A DNA stretch of 57,274 nt, the filler included, from Sphacelaria rigidula (lineage: Eukaryota), in NCBI GenBank assembly GCA_964200075.2. It is 5 parts of 5 records of this genome, joined end to end, with 100 filler letters (N's around TTAATTAATTAA, not from the genome) between each part and the next. Parts side by side here need not be neighbours in the genome. Positions count along the whole stretch, not along the records: positions 45,901 to 57,274 come from CAXNAA020005004.1; 4 more parts are not named here. One strand, 5' to 3'. Shown in pieces: positions 49,671-57,274 of this stretch (position 1 is the stretch's first letter; every line of letters starts with the position of its first letter). The notes under the pieces were generated by a model, which was not told where the DNA came from, did not search any database, and saw only the letters and a program-made list of their open reading frames with translations. The translations under genes were made by a program, and so were the position numbers.

Positions 49671-49773
49671 ATGAAGTATCTCGATGATCCGAGACTTGCA
49701 TACTGGAGCAATTTCCTGGAGAGTGTGGAATTGGGGGACAGACTGCTGTCAGTTCGTACCGATGCGTTCTCAT
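49671..49773 (+). CDS. MAF1: Maf1 (RNA polymerase III repressor), first coding exon
   Basis: GCACC-ATG; MKYLDDPRLAYWSNFLESVELGDRLLSVRTDAFS-T|GTAAGT resembles the Maf1 N-terminus (MKxL....GD..I.GR.E.YSCK). Next exon not found in the window. Confidence 0.75.
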
Positions 49774-51279
49774 GTAAGTGACAGAGATACGGTTGATATT
49801 TCAATTGTAAATAGTATAGGGTTGAGGAACTTCATGTACGTTCTGAACGAGGGGTACAGTTCAGCCGATGGTGATTCAAACGAAAGGGAGCTGAAGAAGA
49901 CGATGTACGGCCTATTAGCAAGAGGTTGGCGTAAGGGTTGCAGGTGGCGGTGATCTCCTTAAGATTAGATTCGGTGGTGGTACGCTGTGAGCATGCGCAG
50001 AACTTTGTTGGCGTGAACTTTTTTGTCGGTTGTAGCGCACAGCTGAAACCGGGCCTTCTCTCCCAAAGACCAGCAGAAAGCGGGTAATTTTCGCTTTTAT
50101 CTTACGAGTACAGTCGAACCGAGGAACATGACACTACGATACTCAAATACTACTGTACACTACACTGCACTGACTGTCGTTGTTCTACAATACCGCACTA
50201 CCATAGCGTCGCATCTCTTCCTCCGTGGATGCCGCTACGATGGTTGCTTGTTTTAAGGCGTCGTGGGTGGGGCGGGCGTTAGATGGTTATTGCGGTAACT
50301 ACAAGCGCCAATACTAGCCGACACTAGTCTAGAAACACACAAGGGTTGGCTCTCCCAATATAAGTTTTCGAGGTACTATTGTTTATGGGCGCGTCCGACG
50401 GAGTATTCTGCGAACGAAGTAGACCCATAGGATCATCACAATACACATGATCTGCACAGCGTAGACAGTCAAGTAATATACAGATGTGTGCACGATACCT
50501 GCATCGTGCTCGAGAACACCCCAGCATGACGGACCTGGTTTGTCGCCCTCATTTGCACAGTGTACTGCTCAGCGCGTAAGACTACAAAGCACTTTTATGC
50601 ACCGTGCCCCGAGTGCTGGCTTTATGCTCGCCGCAAAACACATACGAGTATATACATGGTTGAAACAATCTGAAACAGACTTATTGATGGTAGAACCTGG
50701 CGTGATGCGGCAAGTGCAGCATGTGAACTTCTGTCTATCGTCATTCTTACTCATAGCGGGCCGGCCTGTTCTCGTGCGCAGTACAAGGATTCACGGCCCA
50801 CTCGACAAAATGCGTCACTGCAGTACCACTGCTACCACTATGCTGTGCTGCATTGTCTCGACTGGGCGCGCTCTCTGATTTGCAACTATTTATATGATGT
50901 AACGTGTTAACGGGTAACGGTTTACCATCTACGAGACCACAAAATGTCGACACTGGATATTCGACATGGTATTAACCGTTTTGGAAGTCTCCCCTTTTGT
51001 CCCCGGGCCAAACGCCTCATGAGAAGCCCTGACAAAGAGGAAAATATGGAAGCAGAAAAGGCCGACGGCAACCATTTTATGATGGAAGACCGAAGAAAAA
51101 TCAAGTAGCGCTCGCGGCGGGTGCAGGAAAAATGTCCTCCCTGGAGTGGTCGGGTGAGGTTTGTCCAATCATACCCCGCAACGGATGAAGTGTGTCCAAT
51201 TGTATCTATCAACAATAATTAGCAAAAACACTATGAATCATCCCATTAAAAAAACAGCAGTGAGTTCTGTTAAGATACG

Positions 51280-51333
51280 GGTTGACTGCTGAGCTAGTAA
51301 GCCAGCGCTTGCCAACTAGCTCAGCAGTCAACC
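51280..51333. repeat. Hairpin with 19-bp perfect stem
   Basis: GGTTGACTGCTGAGCTAGT ... ACTAGCTCAGCAGTCAACC. Confidence 0.85.
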
Positions 51334-52225
51334 GGTAGACGACGAACGTCGCCTCGGAACAATTGTACAGGCTGACAGTCTCGAGACATCGGGGGGGCTC
51401 GGGGGCGGGAGGTGGTTTTCGAGAGGGGGCGGTGTTTCTCCGCGAAGAATCGGAGAAGCTCACGGAGTCAACCATGTGTGTTTAGAAGTTTCTCGCGGAC
51501 AATTATGTGCCGTGCACGAGGCCCGAGTGGCGCGGGATGACCGTTCTGACAAATCACGGTCGTCATAATGAACACTTTTGTTCCGCTAGAGGTAGACAGC
51601 TGGTGGACACATTTGCCGTCTACCCTCAAATGTCATTTTGATCATGCCAAATCAACCATAGATTATATACTAAAAAAACAGGTGTTTGAGCATCTTCGGT
51701 ACACTGTCCGTCTCTTTAGTACTGCCTGAGGGTCCTCCTAGCTCCACACCTCCATCTGGTATTAAACGGAATGGTGCACCACGCGAGCGGCGGCCACGAG
51801 TATCGTACGCACGTAGATGTAGACAAGTACTTCGAAGGGGAGGCGACCGCCATCGCCGAGCAGTTGCTCTACGGTAGTCAGGGGCGTTCGCGGCGGTAGT
51901 CATGGTGCGATATCCAAACGCACGCTGCGTACACTCGGCACGTTCAACACTGCAAGATCCAGCACGCTGCAAACCGCATATGCAGCGGCGGCAAGATATA
52001 CTACAGACTGCACAGCAAAAACATGAGGCGTAATAGTCAGGTGGTCGACAACCACACCACCGTCTGTGTTATAGTATGACTCTCACAACTACGTGCCTCT
52101 TATGCACTCCCGGTCCCTTCCGCCGTGGAGTAGGCGTTTTGAGTTGTGACAAAGGAATGATTCTGAACCCAAAAAGTGGAGTGTCTACCTCAGTCTACCA
52201 GTGGGGGGGGGTCGCCGTCTAAGGG
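51332..52225 (-). mobile_element. piggyBac-type non-autonomous element, inverted relative of 53563-54309
   Basis: TCAA|CCGGTAGAC...CGCCTCGGAACA...CAGGCTGACAGTC at left and GGGGGTCGCCGTCTAAGGG|TTAA at right; both ends match 53563-54309 reversed. Confidence 0.75.
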
Positions 52226-52732
52226 TTAACAAAAGCTAAAGCTAGGTTCTCGGGTTCGAACCCCTGTGCAAGTGAAAGCATTCTTCGATGTCGCGAGACT
52301 GCGGTCGAAAGAAAAAGGAAAAAAAAACAAAGAACTTCACTTCCACGTTGAGCACTGGGTGCGGTCAAAGCCCACCGGTAAGACGAAACAGCGCTGGTTA
52401 CAGGGACAGCAACCATGGGGCGAGAGTACTCGGGGTGATGCGACGGACCCACCGACCTTAGCTATGAGCTACGACCGAAAGTTGTCAAGGCCTTCGGCGA
52501 TATTTTGTCGGCTTTTCAGAGAACGGGCAGCCGTGAATGCTCCTTCATGTGCACTCTGGGAGTGTACGTGAAGCCGATAGATGTTGACGATCCCATCCAC
52601 ACGTGCTACTACGATTGTTCATGTAGTCCTTCTCTATCAACCCCGTGAAGCCGTTCAGAGTTTTCGTGAACTGTCATCTTCTGTATTTCGCCACTGTTGT
52701 AGTGACGTAGGTCCCACCACAGGGGTGATGTT

Positions 52733-53278
52733 ATACCAAGTTCGTGTTTTGGAGGGTACGATTTTCTGTACACCCGGGGTACTTTGCCGGGTATTTACCG
52801 TACCCGACAGTTCTGTCAACTCTGTAAGACCTTCATACCCGTACCCGATAGTTATATGAGTTCTGCAGGCCTCCCGTACCGTTACCGGGGAGCACGGGTA
52901 TGCTCTTGATAAGATACCCGGTTGCGGGTACGGTTTTCTGTGCAACCTCCATACCCTACCCGACAGTTTTTGTGAGTTCTGTAAGCCTCCCATACCCTTA
53001 CCCGACAGTTCTGTGAGTTCTGTACAAAAACTTCACCCTAACCCGAGGGGCGGGTATGCCCTAAAAGAGTTACCCGATTGCCTGTACCGGTTTTCTGTAA
53101 GCCTCCCGTACCGTACCCGGCAAGTTCTGTGACTTCTGTCAGGCGTTCATACCGGTACCCGACAGTTCGGTAAACTCTGTAAGACTTTCATACCGGTACC
53201 CGACGGTTCTGTAAGTTATGTAAGGAATCTCATACCCTACAGAACGTGCCCGTAGCTTACAGAACACAACCTTGGCAT
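52733..53278. mobile_element. MITE-like element filled with ~39-bp tandem repeats
   Basis: Many copies of CATACCsGTACCCGACAGTTCTGTrAGTTCTGTAAG; degenerate inverted ends TACCAAGTTCGTGTTTTG / CAGAACACAACCTTGGCA. Confidence 0.75.
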
Positions 53279-53562
53279 GTTGTTGCGTCTGAGCTGTAAA
53301 CCATCAACCATATCTTGCTCAAAAATCGTCAATTGCAAAATGATCAATTTTCCATTGGGAGTCCCACAAGGGTTAATATCAAGGGTGTGTCTTCATCTTT
53401 TACACATCATATTTCGATCGAAAACGAGCGATGGGAATGAAGAATTCCGATCTGATAGGTCGTCATTTCAACATTAATGATGGTGTGGACGTGAAGCACG
53501 ACCTACAAGATCGGACTTTCATTTTCCACCGTATTTTTTCGATCGGAGAATACTCCGCTTAA

Positions 53563-54309
53563 CCCTTGGACAGCGACCCCCCCCGCGGGTGGACTGAGCT
53601 GAACCATGCCACATTTGGGGTTCAGAGCAGCTCTTTTCTCGCAACACAAAACCCCTTTTTTCATGAATATGTGTAGATTTGGCAACTATATGGAAGATAG
53701 TCCCCGAGAACCCCTGACCAGTCGTAACCGTGCAGTGAACTGCGTGCAGAGTCAGTATGTATCTGTGCCGTGTACGTCTTCGCTGGATACAACTGCAAGA
53801 GACAGTTAGTTAGCGTGCCATCTCTCCCCACTGAACACAGTCTACTACATGCTGCTCATGTCTCTGCTCCGTGTTCCACAACAATACTGCAGACGGTGCG
53901 AAACTGTGCTGGCAATACATGAGGGGCAAGGCAGGCGGCATAGACCACGAGCACAGTGAAAAAGAAGCACGTTGCTTGTGTCCATGCAATCTATGGTTGA
54001 ATTGCCATGACCAAAATGAGAAATACAGGTAGACAGCGAAGTAGTCCATGTGTAGTCCACCTGTAGGGGAACAAAACGACCATTTTGACAGCCGTGATCG
54101 GTCAGAATGGTCATTCCGCGCCTCTCAGGCCTCGATCCTAGCTTAGAATCTTCCGCGAGAAACTTTCAAACACATACAGTTGAATTTGTTAGCTTTCCGG
54201 CTGCTCTGCGGACAGACGCCCCCTTCCCTCCCGCCCCCAGGAAACCCCCGAATGTCTCCGGACTGTCAGCCTGCGAAACTGTTCCGAGGCGAAGCTCGCT
54301 GTCTAGGGG
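53563..54309 (+). mobile_element. piggyBac-type non-autonomous element
   Basis: TTAA|CCCTTGGACAGCGA ... TCGCTGTCTAGGGG|TTAA. Confidence 0.85.
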
Positions 54310-54624
54310 TTAAACACAGACCCGTTTCTAAACGAAGAAATTTACGAATATAGAAGCTCACGTTCTGCCGGATTTTCCCTGCTGATACAGGACTGTACTT
54401 TTCATCAACATCCGAAATTCGACACCCGGGCGGGGTACCGAAAAAGGCGAAAATTGCCGAAAACGGTGCTTTCCGCCGGCCGTTCGTTCCGTCATTTTTC
54501 TGATTTTTTTTTGCCGTCGGAAAACAAGAAGGGTACTGCAGTGTGTTTTGAGCCAATTGCTTCGCCACAATGTACTTGAAAAAAATATATATTTTGTCAT
54601 CTGATGTGTGCTGAACGCCAATCT

Positions 54625-54780
54625 ACACCGTTCGGCACATCTGGGCGCATCAGACGGGGTCACGGAAGGGAAGCAACACAGGAGTTTTTAACATCATTTT
54701 GTTGTATCAATAGTACTTTACCCCCCTTCCTTCTCCAGTGTCTTGCCTTGCTTTTTATCGCAAGAAGGGCTTGTACAGTA
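54625..54780 (-). mobile_element. Old SINE body fragment
   Basis: ACACCGTTCGG...GGGCGCATCAGACGGGGTCAC...CAACACAGGAG...CTTGCCTTGCTTTTTATCGC matches the SINE body. Confidence 0.6.
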
Positions 54781-54948
54781 ATTTTTTATACCACGGTTCA
54801 AGTGATGAGGCAGAGAAACTCTTGTGTAACCTCTTCCTTGCTTCGGATCTGTCGTCGGTAAGGCACACAAACTACTATCCAAGGTGTGGTTTGCGTTGCT
54901 TTTCCTCGTGAAATTAGACGAGGATGGATACACAGAAAATGTACGTCA

Positions 54949-55245
54949 AACCACATTTTTGTGACATTAAGAGTAGAGCGCTGATTGAGAGTGGCTTTGG
55001 TCATTCGCTCTAACTCAGCCAATGTTTCATTCCGTGTGTTCGTCTCTTTGCCTCTATAACTGGCGTGTGCTTACAGTTACACGTCGATATCCTCCTCAGG
55101 GATGCCAAGGGCTTCCGTGGCAAGCTCCTACAGAGAACATATCGGGCCTCGTTAAGGGGCATTTCGGAACTGAAACTATTCATTCACTAATGTACCGCTT
55201 GTCGCTCTCAATCGTATCCTCTACTCTCAATCTCACGAAAATGTT
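54949..55245. mobile_element. MITE family M1, copy 4
   Basis: Colinear with 35971-36270; flanks GTCA/ATCA. Confidence 0.85.
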
Positions 55246-55944
55246 ATCAGTAGATCATGCATCACAATGCAGTACAGTACTGCTACGAAAGCGCACCATT
55301 GTTCGAGCACGGGCAAATGATTGTTTCGCGCGGCCGAAATCGTGGAAGAATCTTATTTGCTCCAACCTTACACTTGGCTACCCAAAAAATCCGGTTGAAA
55401 CGGGCGCACGATTTCGAAAACTGTCCATGAGCTCAAGACGGAACGGGTACTCGGACGTACGTCTGCTTCTCCCAAATATGTCGTTCAAATTGGCCAAAAT
55501 GTGATCAATCTGGTTCAAGTCTCTGGTCCAAAGAACGAAAATGTGTTGCCATAAACAATTCGCCCCCAGCCTTCGCGGACAGCTGCCTCCGACGCCATCC
55601 GTAACCATCGGCGGCACGCCGCCCACTCTGGCTGCGCCAGATTTTTACCTTATTGCGTGCCAGACCTCATTGGAACAAAATCACGAGCTGATCACTGGCC
55701 GTAACCCTGGCGCTGTAGCTGAGCAGCGCCTTTCTGCTCGCGTGTGCTACTCCCGATGTCAAGATGTGCAGTGCAGTACAGTATGTACCATGTAGTCCGT
55801 GGTCTCCAACTCTTTGCTCGGGTTCATTCAATTTACGTGGCCAGAACAATCGGAAGTGCAATTTGCAACAAGTTTTGTTTGGTAGACCTTGGATGTATTA
55901 CCGAATACACGATTTACGTAATTAAAAACCGCCCATACTAACCT

Positions 55945-56182
55945 TCGACGTAACGGTCGACGAGGGAAAGGGACTGCTGAACCCCGCTCGCGATAAAAAA
56001 TAAAAAGCAAGCACCGCAGAAGGAAGGTGGGGTACTAAAAACAAAGAAGAAAAAGCTCCTGTGTTGACCTTCCCCCCTGTGTGACCCCGGCTGGTGCGCC
56101 CACATATACCGAAAGGTGAAGATCGGCGTCCAGAATAGAAGAGACGATAACACACATACACACACACGACACACACACACTA
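55945..56182 (+). mobile_element. SINE body with CA-rich tail
   Basis: Matches 11535-11752; ends in ACACACATACACACACGACACACACACAC. Confidence 0.8.
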
Positions 56183-57212
56183 ACCTGGAGGTAGCCGTAG
56201 TCATCTTTAACCCAAAGTTGAGACCACTGCCTTTTCGACACGTGCTGCCGGCCGCTGCGCCTAAAATTGAAGTCTGTATGATCAAAGTAGCTGCTCTCGA
56301 CACATTTTGAAATGGTTCGTTCGCCCGGGGATCCACCTGACGAGTTTCGGCGCCCAAGCGCACCTTGTATCTATGCTTATTTAGTTCGTCATCACTCGCT
56401 TGAGGATATATATCTCGAAGTGTTTTTCCGTATGGGCGAGCGAACCCCCTACAGTGGTACCGAGTTAGGGCGAAGGACACGATGCACACGATGTTCAAAC
56501 GCTTTCAAGGTGTCGTCGCACTATCTGTGTGTCGCGATGAAAGTCGTTTTCCTGTGGGCGTTTTCTCGCATGGTAGTGGCAGCGGTCGCGCTATTTGGGG
56601 GTAGTACGTACGGCAGATAGCGTAACACAGCAGAATCAGTTGCACACAGCCCGATTTTAGGCAAGCAGCACATACATACGGCACGGCACGATACATTTTA
56701 CTACGCTACACCAGGGCCGCGTCATGCGTAGCATGACATGGGTCATGCGGGGCAGACGGGGCAAACGGGTGTTTGGTAGGTACGGTGGAGTAAACGATAT
56801 AGAAACAACGGGAGGACGAGTTTTGTTAATGTAAGAGTGGAATGTTTTGACCGCTGACGGCTACAATCTGTCCGATTCCTTCTCGATCATTGGCGCCAGG
56901 AGAACAGTATGCCGCCGGAGATATCGGCACAGACAAGTAGAAATGAAAGAAGAGGGGGAACCGGAATTTTCACGAAATAATCAGTTTTTAGAGCCAGAAA
57001 AATGAACTGAATCGGCGGTTTTGTCGCCCAATATCCAATATCTGTTGTAATACCACGACCTATTCTGAAAACCCGACCTGGAGGTTGCTGCACCTATGGA
57101 GGGAAACTAAAGATGATCGTAAGTGAAGTAGTGGTGGGAAATCCTCACCGCCAGTTGGCCACAAGGTATGCCTCTGGCAGCCTCTCGTCTAAATGACCCA
57201 AAGGCTCATGGA

Positions 57213-57274
57213 GGGGGGGGAAGGCGTACTCATTTGTTGCTTGCCTTAGTCGTTTGACCATTGATCACGCATCC
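57213..57274 (-). mobile_element. Oligo(C)-tailed retroposon 3' end (type A), cut by window end
   Basis: G-run + GCGTACTCATTTGTTGCTTGCCTTAGTCGTTTGACCATTGATCACGCATCC, the reverse complement of 23226-23276. Confidence 0.8.

Noticed and set aside
52733-53278. CRISPR array
   Set aside because: Degenerate tandem units with no unique spacers, no cas genes, eukaryotic context.

Overview
This is eukaryotic, repeat-rich, intron-rich DNA that looks like a brown alga (Phaeophyceae). That assignment is inferred from gene style, a PMP-like adhesin and a chromodomain Ty3/gypsy element. The window is not one locus. It is five contigs of 11376, 11375, 11375, 11374 and 11374 bp, joined by 100-bp N/TTAATTAATTAA spacers, i.e. 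size-sorted unplaced contigs, so nothing should be linked across gaps. Contig 1 holds the last three exons of a BCS1-like AAA+ ATPase (minus strand). Contig 2 holds a multi-exon minus-strand gene with a PB1-like N-terminus, frame-broken middle exons and a very long S/P/G-rich exon. Contig 3 holds a 2.3-kb exon of a secreted GGA/FxxN beta-helix repeat protein plus nested MITEs. Contig 4 holds a decayed Ty3/gypsy pol (RT, RNase H, integrase, chromodomain, Tudor-like tail). Contig 5 holds a perfect 62-bp-stem hairpin, the first coding exon of MAF1 and piggyBac-type MITEs. Dispersed repeats include a tRNA-derived SINE, several MITE families and, most notably, 5'-truncated elements that end in oligo(C), carry target-site duplications and sit at poly(C) tracts. 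All calls were made by eye; no searches were run.
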